The notes under the pieces were generated by a model. The model was given only the letters and a program-made list of their open reading frames with translations. It was not told the origin of the DNA and ran no database searches. A program made the translations under genes and the position numbers. A stretch of DNA of 53,814 bases, filler included, from Porpidia crustulata (lineage: Eukaryota): the NCBI GenBank assembly GCA_964255105.1. It is 3 parts of 3 records of this genome, joined end to end, with 100 filler letters (N's around TTAATTAATTAA, not from the genome) between each part and the next. Parts side by side here need not be neighbours in the genome. Positions count along the whole stretch, not along the records: positions 17,991 to 35,855 come from CAXUWE010000202.1; positions 35,956 to 53,814 come from CAXUWE010000203.1; 1 more part is not named here. One strand, given 5' to 3'. Below, piece after piece: positions 35,434-48,684 of this stretch (position 1 is the first letter of the stretch; the number at the start of each line of letters is the position of its first letter).

Positions 35434-35855
35434 ATGTCCCGCCCCCTCTACTTCATCCGCGAAACCCCCGAGAACCCCTTCTGCACCGACCGGAACAACG
35501 GATTCGACCTCCGCATCGGGTGCGGCGTCGTGACGTTTTATGTTCATCGAGCGCTCGTGTGTTTGAAATCGGGGCTTTTGAGGGAGATTTGCGGGAGGAA
35601 GGCTATGGTGGGCTTCCGTTTTTGTATAGCTTTTTTTGGCTCCTTGAAGATGCGCTATTGAGGGCCTTGGAATGAATCCCTTTGTTCGCAAAATTCCAGC
35701 TCCAACGCCCTCAAACTGACATCTTACCCACACGCTAGCAAAACCAAACTAACATCTTACCCACACGCTAGCAAAACCAAACTAACATCCTCCACTTCAA
35801 CACCGACCTCCCCACCGTCGACCGTGCCATGATCTTCCTCTACACCTCCTTCTAC
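35434..35855 (+). CDS. Second BTB/POZ-like protein, 5' part only (cut by gap); intron 35608-35771
   Basis: FDLRIGCGVVTFYVHRALVCLKSGLL; after splicing QNQTNILHFNTDLPTVDRAMIFLYTSFY resembles the BTB 'd...v..ml.ylYT..Y' segment. Confidence 0.65.
35712..35789. repeat. 33-bp tandem repeat x2.4 spanning an intron 3' end
   Basis: unit aaact(g/a)acatcttacccacacgctagcaaaacc. Confidence 0.9.
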
Positions 35856-35955
35856 NNNNNNNNNNNNNNNNNNNNNNNNNNNNNNNNNNNNNNNNNNNNT
35901 TAATTAATTAANNNNNNNNNNNNNNNNNNNNNNNNNNNNNNNNNNNNNNNNNNNN
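35856..35955. other. Assembly gap linker (44N-TTAATTAATTAA-44N)
   Basis: Same artificial spacer as 17891-17990. Confidence 0.97.
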
Positions 35956-36143
35956 TTATATCAGTATAGGAGCAGCAGGTTGAGGCATCGCAGGGAGGTC
36001 CGGTATTTGTGGTGGGCTTGGACGAGGGTACATATGCCGCGGTGGGCAGTACCAGGGGAGTGCGACTTTCGTGATAGAGGGAGGTGCTGATGAGAAGACA
36101 AGGAAGCTGGTTTGAGAGGAGCTGAAAGATGGATGACGGTCCC

Positions 36144-38732
36144 CTAGAGATCTCCTGCCCCTGCCTCTACTCCATCAGGACCCGCAAGCGTAAATGACGA
36201 GGGATCGAAATTGAACGCGCCCTCGTCGCTCTGGAGGAAGGAGTCGAAATCGAAGTTTTCGAGGACATCGCCACCATCGATGGGGGCATAGGCTAAGTTG
36301 TACGCATTCTATTAATCTCATCAGTTCCTTGTTCATTATACCATGTCCGCTTGATTGCTTACGTTGGCATTATCTGTGGGATCAAAGTCTTCTTGCGGCA
36401 GGGGAATCTGCGGCGCTGCGACAGATGTTGGACCACCTTGCATGATGTTGGCGACTTGAGGGTTTTGCCCGTCGTTCTTCTGGTTATTACTAAAAGAGTT
36501 TGGATTCATGGGTGTGATGGGTGTTGATGGTGCTGGGGTCGGAGCAGGATTATCTGCTTCGGCAGATGGCGTTGCCGCGGCAGGACCGGTCGTCGAGGTC
36601 TTCTTCGCACGCTATGGTCAAATGTTAGTCATATCACTACCCTCAGCTCGATCAGTGCAATCTTACCTTGCGCGGCGGTTCCTTCTCCTTTTTGCCTTTC
36701 GGATTCGCCGCCTTGGATTGGTTGGGAGTAGGAGGTGCCGCTGGCTGGTTGGGAGAACTGGGACGGCCATTAACCGCAGGGACTGCTTGAGGGGGAGGCA
36801 TATCGTTCCGCTGTTGAGGTGTACCCATCGGGGCTGGCTGCTGAGCTTGGGGCGGCTGCTGCATCATCCCCGCTTGGCCTGGAGGCCCTTGCTGCCAATT
36901 ACCGAGCATCCTACCCTGCTGTTGTACTCGTCCCATTTGTTCCATTTGCTGCTGGCTGAACCCTTGGCTACTGTATTGAGGATGAGAGCTTGGTGGCCTC
37001 ATTACAGTACCATTTGCCTCGCTGATGGCTTTCTGCTGTTGATATAGTTCGGGCGGCATCTGACCGTTGGGGTAATTCATCGCTGCTGGAGAATTTCGTG
37101 TTTGCGGCATGCTTCCGTCAGGCATTGGCGAGCCCGGCAACCCGGCTTTCCCCATTTTTGGAGTACCTCGCATCTGATCGTTGGGCCCAGGAGAGGGTCC
37201 AGATCTACTCCCAGAAGGCGACATTCCGGGCGCGAAATTGGCCGCAGGGATGACAGCCTGTCCATCACCGCGGCCTACATCCTGCTCTTGCCGAGCCATC
37301 AACAGTCTCTTCTTATTTTGCTGTTCCAGAAGCATCAGCTGCATCTGATAATCCTGAAGGGCGTGGTTGCCGCCGGCTTGGTTACCATTCGGACCGCCGC
37401 GTCCCATCTGCATTGCTGCTTGGCTGGGGTAGAATTCAGCAACACCGGACCCTCCTAGACCTAGACCTGGTTGCATTAGCGGAGATCCGTGGCCCTGCAT
37501 GCCCGGCTTAGACATGCTCAGGCGCTGCTGGTCCTTTGCTAGATCTGAAGCGTAGAGCTGAATAGATTTCGGCGGAGGTGCTGGAATCTGTTGCTGAAAC
37601 GCCGCAAATTGGCCCTCCGTTAGAGAACNNNNNNNNNNGTTAATCACACTTTGCATCAACATGTTACTTGCATGAGCTGTTTGATTGGCGTCCATTATTT
37701 GCCCCGGGAAACCCTGCGAAGGGGGCCTTCCGTTTGCCATGATCTGTGGTGGGACATTATCGAGACGGGGTCGCTTCGAAGGCGATGGAGCATTATCCGC
37801 CGAAGAGGGTGTACGAGGTCTTTGGCCGTTGATGTCGACATCTGATGGATCTCTTCGCATTGGTTGATGCATCATGTGGTGACTTTTAGCGGCCATTTGG
37901 AGCTGAGCAGCCGTCATTTGTGCTTGATTGCTACATTTCACCCGTATTAGTTACACGTACTTCTTTAACACGGTTACGCATGCTGATATTCCTCGGTGTA
38001 CGCTGAATGGTGGGATTATCACTCACGGTTGTCCCATGAAGGCATTGCGATTATTGAATTGGGCTTGTCGCTCCAAATTCTTTCCATTCATTTGCTGCAT
38101 CCCATTTTGCATACGCATCATCTGATCATAACTCATGGTTCCAGAATTTAACATGGCAGGCATCCCTCGCAGAAGCGCCTGTTGCTGTTCCTGGCGAAGT
38201 TTTGATTGTTGCTACACGAGTGTCAGTCAGCATGTCCTTCCTTGCGCCGACGTGAATGAGAACATACCTGCGAATGTTGTATGTACATGTTGGCATGCTG
38301 CGTGGCATTGGGTCTCTTCTTCTGCGCATGGTAGACATCCCAGAATAAAGCGAACCATTCTAAGAGGAACGATTGACCGTCCTGCTCCGCCGCAACCGAC
38401 GTTTGTGGGAGGTCGGTAGGTCTTTTTGAGTCCATTCGGTCTTTTGAATCCGTATGTGAGGAACCATCAACCGTACCGTTGACTTCACTTTCGCTCGGTC
38501 CAAGCGGGGGTTCCATACTCAACCCACTGGTGATAAGAGATCGTGCGCAATCCCATAACTCATTCTTCACAAAGTAGTCATAGATGTACAGATGAAGTCG
38601 TCCTTCGTAATTTTGCTGCTCGAACTCGTTCCCCACCCTGGGCGTTGCGCCATTCGTCCCGTTGTTCATCATGGCCATCCCGCCGATTGTACCTCCGCCA
38701 CCATTGATACCGGCCATATTGATGTGGCTCAT
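36144..38732 (-). CDS. som1: Som1/Flo8-like transcriptional regulator (LisH/LUFS domain, Q/P/M-rich), multi-exon; 10-N gap at 37629-37638
   Basis: LHLYIYDYFVKNELWDCARSL; SFLLEWFALFWDVY; PSPSKRPRL NLS; HALQDYQMQLMLLEQQNKKRLLMARQEQD; C-terminal DVLENFDFDSFL. Confidence 0.92.
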
Positions 38733-40313
38733 ATCGAGACTGGGCGGGCGATGAACCTTCTCGAATGCACGAGTTGGTTATTTCGAAATAACAAATATGG
38801 GGCGTGCAGTGTCGGTGAATTCGTGCTTTAGCGCTGGGGAATCATCGATGGGACCAGGGCTTGAATCACGCAATTATGTCAAAGCCGGCGGAGAGCGCGA
38901 ATGTCGAAGCTGGTGGTAGCACCAGCAAAACCGACGAGACTGTTGATGTTCTGACGATGTGCCTGGGGAAATAGAGGTTTGCGAACCCAACGTGGTGGGA
39001 GATCGGCGGGGTGTTGTAATTGCTCTATCGGTGAAAGGAGATCCTCGCTTCGATTGCGACCGTCTCTGAGCAGGCTGCCGTTGTGACAAGACGCAGCGGA
39101 AAAGGATAGCGGAGAATGTCAGCGCAGCTTGGGAAGGCCAGAGCGGTGAAGTTGCTCCGAGTTGTTTTTGTTGCTTGCTGGAAAGTTGTCGTCGTTCTCT
39201 GTAGTGAGGGTGGGCGAAGAAGAGAAGGTTTGGTGTGTTTCGGCGGCGGGTGCGGAGGTTGAGACGCCAAAATCATTTAGCTGGGCGTATTCTCTGTCAC
39301 GTTGTACCTGATTACCCTCAAATCTAAGTAATCTGTAAGGTAATTCCATCATCATCAATCTATCAAATACGTTATCAAGGTATATATATAACCATCCAAT
39401 AAGTTTCTATCGTGCGCAAAATCCCAAGTATCACAAAATCCATCGTACTTTGATTTATTGCATGGGCAGACTGAGAAAATTATACCCTGTGGAGGACGGG
39501 GAATTAGGGCTACGGTGCAGCGCGGGTGAAACTGCCCATGTCCATATGTGAAGTCTATTATCAGACTTCCTGATGTGGAAGTCAGACGCTGCAAGATATG
39601 TCCCATCGTCTACTTCCAATACCCCCTTTAGATGATCCGATGTAGATGTTAGGTCTGAATGACTGATACCGCGGCTGAGTGTTTCAGGAATGAAGGCACA
39701 GACCGTTACGTTAAATAAGGCTGAAAGTTGCCTCGCGCATCCCATCTGGAAGGCTTCTCTAGCGAGGAGCTGAGAGACTGGTGCCTGAAATAGCCCGATA
39801 TCGACCTTGTCGTGCATGTCTACTCGAATAGACATACTGGAGAGACGGTAATTCTCAGTAGGACGCAGGAGAAGGGAATTCTGGAGACAATTCGACGCCT
39901 AGAAGCTCTGCGGGATCCGTCTTTCCACTAATGATGTTTTATTCATGCACCCACCCATAAGCTATGTTGAGGCACAGTTGCAAGGCCAATTATTGAGATG
40001 TGCTGCGAGTCTGTGACATTGCTCGGCGTTGTCAAAGAATGTCTCAGTCAAGATAACAAAAACTTCTGCATTCATAATTCCAGGTCTTATGCAATACCGA
40101 TTCACCTCGCTGATCGAGACGGTAGAGCATTTCTAGAAATTGATAGGTGCAACTTAGAATGCTTTCAGGTTAATAAAGTGTAGTTTCTGCTTTAGTCTTA
40201 AATGTTATGGCGTAACATAAAATGCAATGGGCACTCGAGGTTTTGTTGATATATTTATGAAACCACCTAGGATCTTCTTCAACCCTTGAGATTGACGCAA
40301 GGTCATACCCAAG

Positions 40314-41308
40314 CTATTCATCATCCGGAGGCATCTCGTCACTAATATACCTCAAAAGAGTCACCTTCATCTCGGTAGTGTCGTTTCCTCGAAGCACATC
40401 ACTGACGAAGTGAGTTTCAACCTGCATTTGTACCTGCCAGACAGCACTAGGTGTCAATTATCGTAATATGTAAGAAACTCATGACAAACAAAATCTATAC
40501 ACCACATTCGAGATTTGAACGTGCTTGTATAATATCATGAGAGGTTCCCACAGTCATGTGGCAAAGGAGATTTGATAAGAGAGCGGCGTGGAAGTGAGAC
40601 ATCCACTGACGTACCATTTCCAAGGCACCTCTGAGAATACCACAAAGTATGTTAGAATACCAAAGTTCATCTTGCGCTCGATCATCATCAGGCAACTCTA
40701 CAAAATCTGCCAATGGATTCTCCTCAAAGATCAAGGAGAACTGTTTGTTGTCACTCGTCCAGTTTGCGACTGTGGGCGTGACGTTAAGGAAGATCTTGAA
40801 TCCAATCTACCGTACGCTCAGTCCTAAATACCACTCGCTACCCTACAGAACCTGAACGTGAGATGAGAAATGATGCCACGCACTTTAGATATTGTCTCCG
40901 CAGTCTCCCTGAGGTTTGCACATCTTTGTGTTCCCGATTTGGCAAAGAAATCTTCGACTAGGCGCAGGCCAATGTTATATCCCATCTTGTCTAGTTGCTT
41001 GTTGACCTCCCCGTAGTTGCCATCAAAATCTTGGCAGAGTTGAGCAACCATTGTGCCATAAGTTAGAGTAACAAGTTCGGCATTGACCTTGTCAACTCTA
41101 GTCCTACAAGCCAACTAAGCCACTGCTCACGACCGATACAGCATAGAAGGCGATATATCATGCGGTAATCTATGCCCAAGACATGGCGATGAAGAAAGGT
41201 CCACTCACTTCCATACTCTGTTGCTGAGATCAGCAAGGATTCTTGTGCCTTGAAGACCGCTACGGAGGCTCACTCTTCACCAATCCTGGCAGCCTTAGTT
41301 GACGCCAT
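40314..41308 (-). CDS. BET3: TRAPP complex subunit Bet3, with 9-nt microexon 41209-41217
   Basis: MASTKAARIGEEVWKTRVDKVNAELVTLTYG; LDKMGYNIGLRLVEDF; ENPLADFVELP; LWYSNILCGILRGALEMVQ; ends MPPDDE*. Confidence 0.96.
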
Positions 41309-41587
41309 AGTGAGATTGGTAGCCAGCCGATCGAACCCCTAAGGTTTACATACGTAAAATAGAAAAGGTATAGATGGAAAATTGTTGTAGCCTGAGGAAG
41401 ATGCGTGGATGCGTTTCGGCTGCGCTTCGCGTCTCGGCTTGGCACTCAGCCCTATCACACATATTCATGGACTCTGAGCCTTCCAATACCTACAGGTCAT
41501 GGGATTTTTACTTGGATAGATGTAATGCTATCTCTACGCCAATTGAATAGGCATTAAAGTTTCAATAACACCCCAGTGTTGCCTAGC

Positions 41588-42926
41588 ATGTCTACTGGCA
41601 AACGCCCGGCCTCGAATTCGTTTGGCTCGTCTCAAATCGTTGTCAAGAGGCAGAAATCGAATGTGGACATAGGTAATCGAAATGCGGTAGCCGTGACAAA
41701 TGGCGGTGCTGGTAATGGCGCTCTTGTGCAAGCTGTGAGTTCATATTCTATGCATTCTATCTCTTTACATTGACCTTGTACTGAACGAAGTCTCTGATGA
41801 AGGTCCACTGATGGAGTCGTGAGCCTAGATTACACGCACGAGTGGACTACAAGCTCCCATTATGGAGCTCAATGGTAAAATTGAAATCAGAATGGTGGAA
41901 GAGTCGTGACTTATGCGACGTAGGCCATACTGGTGAAGTGTTTGCCACACGCTTTGATTCCTCGGGTCAATACATTGCAAGTGGATCAATGGATAGATCA
42001 ATCAGTATGATACTCGAAAGCCGTCCCAGGCTCCAGTTTCGCCCGGCTAATAATCGTTTCACAGTGCTCTGGCACACATACGGCCAATGTGATAATTACG
42101 GCGTCCTTACGGGCCACAAAGGCGCGATCCTCGACCTGCGCTGGTCTCGAGATTCACGCGTGATTTTTTCCGCTTCCGCAGATATGACTCTTGCGAGTTG
42201 GGATCTTGAGACAGGCTTACGCATACGACGGCATGAGGGACATATGGAAATTATTAATTGCCTGGATATTAGTAGGCGAGGAGAAGAAGTGATAATTAGT
42301 GGGTCTGACGACGGCTCTATTGGAATATGGGATCCAAGACAAAAGCACGCTGTCGACTATACCGAGACAGACTATTCTATCACATCGATCGCGCTGGCGG
42401 AAGCTGGGAATGAGTTATATACTGGAGGCATCGACAATGATATTAAAGTTTGGGACATGCGCAAAAAAGGCGTAGCATACACAATGGTAGGACACACAGA
42501 TACGGTCACTTCTCTTGAGGTATCACCAGATGCTCAAGCATTACTCTCATATTCACACGATGGCCTCGTTAGAACATGGGATATCAGACCATTTGCACCG
42601 GCTGATCGATCGATCAAGACATATGTTGGGGCACCCCTAGGATTAGAGAAGAACCTAATAAGGGCTAGCTGGGATGCGAAAGGGAAAAGAATTGCGTCGG
42701 GGAGCGGTGATGGAACGGTCGTTGTGTGGGAAGCGCAGAATGGTAATTTATTATATAAATTACCAGGGCACAAAGGTACTGTGAATGACGTTCGATTTGC
42801 TCCGGGAGATGAGCCCATCAGTAAGTCCTAGTATGCAAACTTCGAGATTGGCGGTATCGCTAACTTGAAGTAGTCGTATCTGGTTCCTCTGATCGGAACT
42901 TGATCCTAGGTGAGCTGGGAAACTAG
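41588..42926 (+). CDS. U5 snRNP 40 kDa WD40 protein (SNRNP40/Spf38-like), multi-exon
   Basis: RTSGLQAPIMEL.GHTGEVF; GHKGAILDLRWSRD; repeated GH...WD units; WDIRPFAP; LEKNLIRASW; LYKLPGHKGTVNDV. Confidence 0.92.
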
Positions 42927-45159
42927 TATTCTGTCGCCTTCAAAAAGTCATGTGTGCTGCCATGATCACGACTCTCCTTTCATACCTGTACCTGCGTTTG
43001 CTAGCATTTACATCGAACTCGACAAAGCAGAGGACATTTGGCACTGTTGGCGATGCCCATTTGATGATATGGCGGATGATGATCAATTTACATCCCCAAC
43101 CAATGAGAGGTGCCAAATGATGACTTCTCTATTCTCGTTTGTCTATAGAATTATCGCGCTCTGTTCCGAGTAGCCGAATCTTGAGAGCAGCTCAAATCTA
43201 TTATGTGTATGGATAGCTTGAGGCTATGAGGCCTAAGGATCCACGCATTCGGGACGTAGCGCTCTTTCAGCATAATCGTTCCTGATACATCTTACTCCTA
43301 CTTTCACCATAAGGTTTGCTGGCTCAGCATTTCATAGCGGTCGTTGCAATTAACCCACTGCCAACACGCTTGTGGGTACTGCTGGTCCATATCTTCTTCC
43401 CAAGACTGCATATATGAGCTCTACTAGCAGATTCCGAGCTAATATATTCAAAGCCCTCAATACGGCTTTCGTCAATGTCGATGTTGTTATCCCCTTCGCG
43501 GAAGGTCCATGAGTCCCACCAGCAACAGCGCAATGGAATTAGCCACAGTCCATGGCTCGCCTTGTCACCTTTCCGGGCAACCCGATGACCGCGATCCTCC
43601 TATCAGGGGGCGACTTTCTGATGCTTTATACTCGCATAATAATAGAATCGCATCCACTAGCACCGTACTTCAGGCTTACCCGCCGAGGATAAGAGCCTAC
43701 TAGCACGAAGAATCTTGGCGAATTGAGGTGGAGATAGAGTGCCACGGTCTCGATATCCAACAACAACCGAATCTCTCGAGATCGGGATACTCCATGAATA
43801 GTTCCTCGTTAGGCTATGCATATACACCGAGAGAACTCTACCACTCGCCTTATTTACTTGCCACGACATCAATCTAAGATTACTATAATTTGGTCTCGTC
43901 TCGCGGCGCTTTTTTCTACCTAGTTTCTATTCCATCCACATCTCCACTCAGCTTTCTCGTTTCAGGCATAACGTACTTTCGACATCATACAGCCCTAAGC
44001 CCGTTACATTCTTGGACTACCCCGACCGCTCTACTGTAATGAGAACAATCGTTTCATTCAATCTATCAAGGCTCTCAATTATGAATGACATGGCGTGCCC
44101 GGGCAGTAGCAATTAAATTCGTGTGATAAGATAAGATAATATGAAGGCTCTCGGCGGTGGGTGGCTACCGACTTTTACAAAGATATTTAAATGATTTTCA
44201 TGTTGTTCTCACTCCCCAATCGGTTTCGACCTCGACCTCGAAACTTAATGAATAGTTTGTTTTCAATATCAACAAGAGGCGTGTAATGTATTTATTTCTA
44301 TCTCCTAGATCATCGTCTATCCGTTGATTCATGCTCTCGACTTCTATGTCGGCAGTCTTTGTTAGACCCCACTAAAGCTGACATTTGTACACTATCCACC
44401 GGCCTTCAAACATCCCAAATTTTGTGAACCTGGTCTGTCCGTAGGATATTATTATATCCGCTGCTAACAATATCTAATCAAGCACTAATTGATTATATCC
44501 AAAGCACCAAGTCTGAGCTTTCAGCTTCGGAAGACAACTGAAACCATCCGGGTTGTCTTATGTCACAACACTTGGCCTTTGTAAATGAAAAGGACTGTAC
44601 TGTGAGACGATCCGTGGTAGCTAAGGTTTCTTTGAAGAACTCGCCAAAAGGTCTCTGTGATTTTAGTGGTTCATATTTTGTCGCTGGTCGATGGCTCGAA
44701 TTGGGCACTAAGCGCTGGCTTCGGGCTGGTCCGTGGAGCCTCATCTGGGATTAGCAGGATCATTGGACGAGACAATCCCGACTCAGACCATCATGAAACT
44801 GTTCAACGATTTGAACATCAACATTTTTAGATTCAGCGCTATCACCAACTCCCCAGACAAAGCCATGGCTGGAAGTATTGAGGTACTTAAGAAGAGCAGC
44901 ATTACCTTGCTGCTTTCCTCATCCGCATACCAATTATCCTCATCCACCCATTTCCTTGAGAACCGTCTTTCTCCGTCGTCAGAAGTGTTTCTTTTCTCGT
45001 TTCAACAGTCATTACGAAGAGCTCTTCTTTTTACTAGGTCAGATTCGATCAGTAACGACTCTCATTGACTTTTAAGTTTTGACCATTTTATGCTCTAAAT
45101 TGTCAACTCCTCGCTTCGTTTTTGTCACTTTTTTGGCCTCTCCCTGCCTCCTGCTAAAC

Positions 45160-45859
45160 ATGGCCGGACCCAACTATGGCGCTCTTGGTGCAACTTTCAA
45201 GATTTGCCGGATATTACAAGCACTTTCTCTAATCGGCATCGTTGGAATGGCTGCGAACTTCATCTCCGAAATGGTATCCAACAACAATGCCCCGTCAGAT
45301 GTCCTTGTTGGCACTTTGAGCGTTGTATGTACCTGGTGATCTGAAAGCTGCTTCGCTATCACTACTGACTAGTATTGCATAGACCTGTATCGCTGTTCTT
45401 TACTGCGCGATAACTTACATTCTGTACCTCGACAACATTCTCCCATTTCTTATCAATACCGGCATGGACAGCATGTTGCTGGTTGCGCTTGCTGTCGTTG
45501 CAATCGTAGTGGGCAAGCCACTCTCGTATCTGAATTGCCAGGTCATCGGCTCAGCAAGCGTTGCTGAATCAGCGCAGCAGCTCAGTTCTGAGTTGAAGTC
45601 TAGCTGGAACCAAAGCACAGGCAAAGTGATTTATAGCAACTGGATTGGCGCCAACAGGTCGACCTGCTACGAAATGAAAGCCATTTGGGGCTTGAGTATT
45701 GCGATGTGGTCAGTATATAAACGTGCTACCTGCGCCATCAACAGTACTTGCTAACATCCGACCAGCATTCTGTTCGCTTTCTCTGCGACCTGCAGCGTAT
45801 GTCTCTGGCGTCGTAGCAAAGCAACGGCACCCGGACCAGCGAAGGACATTGAAGGATGA
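45160..45859 (+). CDS. Four-TM MARVEL-like fungal membrane protein, 3 exons
   Basis: RILQALSLIGIVGMAANFI; TCIAVLYCAITYILY; VAIVVGKPLSYLNC; CYEMKAIWGLSIAM; canonical introns at ~45325-45381 and ~45708-45764. Confidence 0.8.
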
Positions 45860-47042
45860 AATGTTGGGCATGATGGAAAGATTGGGCATTATGCAGGACA
45901 TGCAGGCGGTGAGCATGTCGGTAGTTGACTAGGCCTAGACCAGAGCTGGAGGGTGGCATGGATCCGGCGTTCTGGTTGGTATACATGGTACAGCAGCTTG
46001 ACCCGAGGCGGGAAATGCCCTTTATTTGAGGCGTCGGTAATAGAGTAATACGAAACTAGATCTAACGGCTACGAAGCTGGTATGCTGATTGGTGTCAACG
46101 TGTCTTTGCTGTTGGCTGCAGGTCCAATTGATTGCAAGTCCGGTACTCGGATGGTGGTTCGAGAAGCTCGGGTTATACACGCCAAAGCTTATCGTGCAGT
46201 AAAGCCAAGACAGCAACATTATTGATGCTTAGCAAACAGGCCCTTGAATCAAGTACTCCAACAGGGTGACAAGAACAGCAATGATCAGATGTGAAGTCAG
46301 TGCTCTGCAGTGGCCAGAAAGCGCAGTCACAGCTATTGGGTAGATGATTGAATTTCGAAGGGAATTATCTACTTGGAAACCCACAGGACTGGTAAATGCT
46401 GATAAGGTAACGCCCAGGAGCCGTAATGGCGGGCTGGATTCCCGGCAATCCCTTTAGCTTTCCACGTGCCAGGCAAAAAAATCCATACCGCAAAATTCTA
46501 CTCCCATCAATAGAACCCAGATTTTATGATGTTTTCATGAAGACTTTTCTGACAGCGTGTCGTCTCAATCTTTGTTTTTTGCGTTCGTCACTACCTAATT
46601 GATCAACATTTGCGGTACGAATTATTTTACCTAGCACGTGCTTTCTTCAGGTTCGGAAGTTCGGCTCAAGTGAGTCCTATGGGAATCGACAGCAATCCTG
46701 GTGAGTTCTCCCCCCACACACACCCCACATTCGTACTATTAGAATAATTTGCCTGGACGCACTACGAGTGCTAATGTATCATATTGGGAGAGTGCCTTAA
46801 TCATGTTGTTACTTTCGACCTACCACTCTTCCCGGGCTGGATATCCTTCTTCTCTGTATGAGGACAGCTTTTATTATTTATTCTCCTCTGACACAACGAG
46901 CATGGGCCAGTCGCCAAGGAGAAGGTCGTGTCATTGAGTTCAAGCAATAACCCCACATTACCCCAGTCAATCAATAGGCCTCAGGTCCGCACTCCAGTTG
47001 CCACTCTTGGTCTCAGTCGCCGCTCTCAATCCCAGTCTTTGG

Positions 47043-48684
47043 ATGTCGGCAGAATCCAGCAAATCATGGGAGGCTTCTTGGAGTGATCAGATTCCCATTG
47101 TGAGATAAATGCTGATAGTGGTTCGATCAGAATCTATTAATGACGAGGTACTAGGACGACGAATACGAGAATGACGACTCCAGCTTAGCCGACCTATCGT
47201 GTGTGCCTTCTTGATTTCCTACTGTCGGTTTGCACCGGCTAAACATCCAACTCAATACTCTGCAGGCGGATGTCAATAGCAACCTCAATCACCCAGTATC
47301 GCTACGAAAATGGGAGACGGTATCATATCTACCGTACGTTTAGGATCTCTCAAACGATTGCCGATTTAACAGAATTAACGATATCAGGGGAAGGCGAATA
47401 TTGGGCCCCTAATGATGAGCAATCTGCGGCCTTGGATGATATAATGTGAGTCCTGATTTATCCAGTGATCCTTTCTGATATATTCTATGGCTAATTGTGA
47501 TGGAATGCTGCAGCCACCACATGTTCCTATTGACACTTAACGATAGACTGTTCCTCGCGCCACTAGAAGGCCACGGAGAACTCTTGAGAGCATTGGATAT
47601 TGGGACCGGGACTGGGATATGGGCTCAGTAAGATATAGAGGCCTACGCCTCCAATACAAGAGCTTATTTTTTCAGGGACTTCGCCGACCATTTCCCCAAA
47701 ACGGATATAATAGGTGAGACTGCGACATTTGTCCCTTCGCTTGCTACCTCCTGACATCTCTCGTAGGGACTGATCTCTCTCCTATCCAGCCTGGTTTCGC
47801 TCCTCCGAACCTGCGCTTCGAGATCGATGATTGTTGTAGTGAATGGGTTTATCCAAAAAATCACTTCAACTATATACACATTCGTCTCATGTATGGAAGC
47901 ATTGCCGACTGGCCGGCCTTCTACAAAGAAGCTTATGAGTTCGAATCCTCCAATCCCGTGTTTTGCGTGTCGATTTTAACATGGCGCCACAGACACCTCG
48001 CTCCAGGTGGTTACATTGAACAGGCAGAAATCTCCCCAGTCCCCAAATCCGACGATGGCTCCATCACACCGGGAGATTACTTCGAACAATGCGGCCAATT
48101 AGCCGACAAATGTGGCGAAGCATTCGGCAAGACACTTCATGTAGAGGCATTTATGAAAGACGCTATCACACAAACTGGATTTGTAGATGTGGTAGAGACA
48201 AGATATAAATGGCCACTGGGGCCGTGGAGTACCGATCAGAGACTGAAGGACCTGGGAAAATGGAATTTGAAACATTGGGAGGAAGGGCTGGAGGGGTGGA
48301 CGATGAGATATTGTACGAAGTATTTGCACGTAGGTAGTTTTGGACTTTTCTCGCTGGCGAGTTGGAAATATTATCATGTCCTTTGCTTCCCAACTTGCCT
48401 AGAGCTGCTGATACTGACAAATAGCAGTGGACCTATGAAGAGGTAAAGGAATGGAACAGGAGGATGTGCGCAACATTGCGAGATCGTACAAAACATGCAT
48501 ATCAAGACGTGTAGGTGCTTCCTTCCTTCCATCTCAATTGTGTCGCCGCGTTCACTTTCTTCCCCATTCTCAATCCCTCTCCTCTCGCTAGAAAATCCTG
48601 CGCTCGGTCCTGAAATTAATGTTTTTCGATCACTGATCATTCTGTCCGTGCAGAGGTGTAGTTGTCGGCCGAAAACCTCTTTAA
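47043..48684 (+). CDS. SAM-dependent methyltransferase, LaeA-like family, about 10 exons
   Basis: YRYENGRRYH; YWAPNDEQ; LDIGTGTGIWA; DLSPIQP..PPNLRFEIDD; YIHIRLMYGSIADW; HLAPGGYIEQ; KWPLGPW; ends VGRKPL*. Confidence 0.92.
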
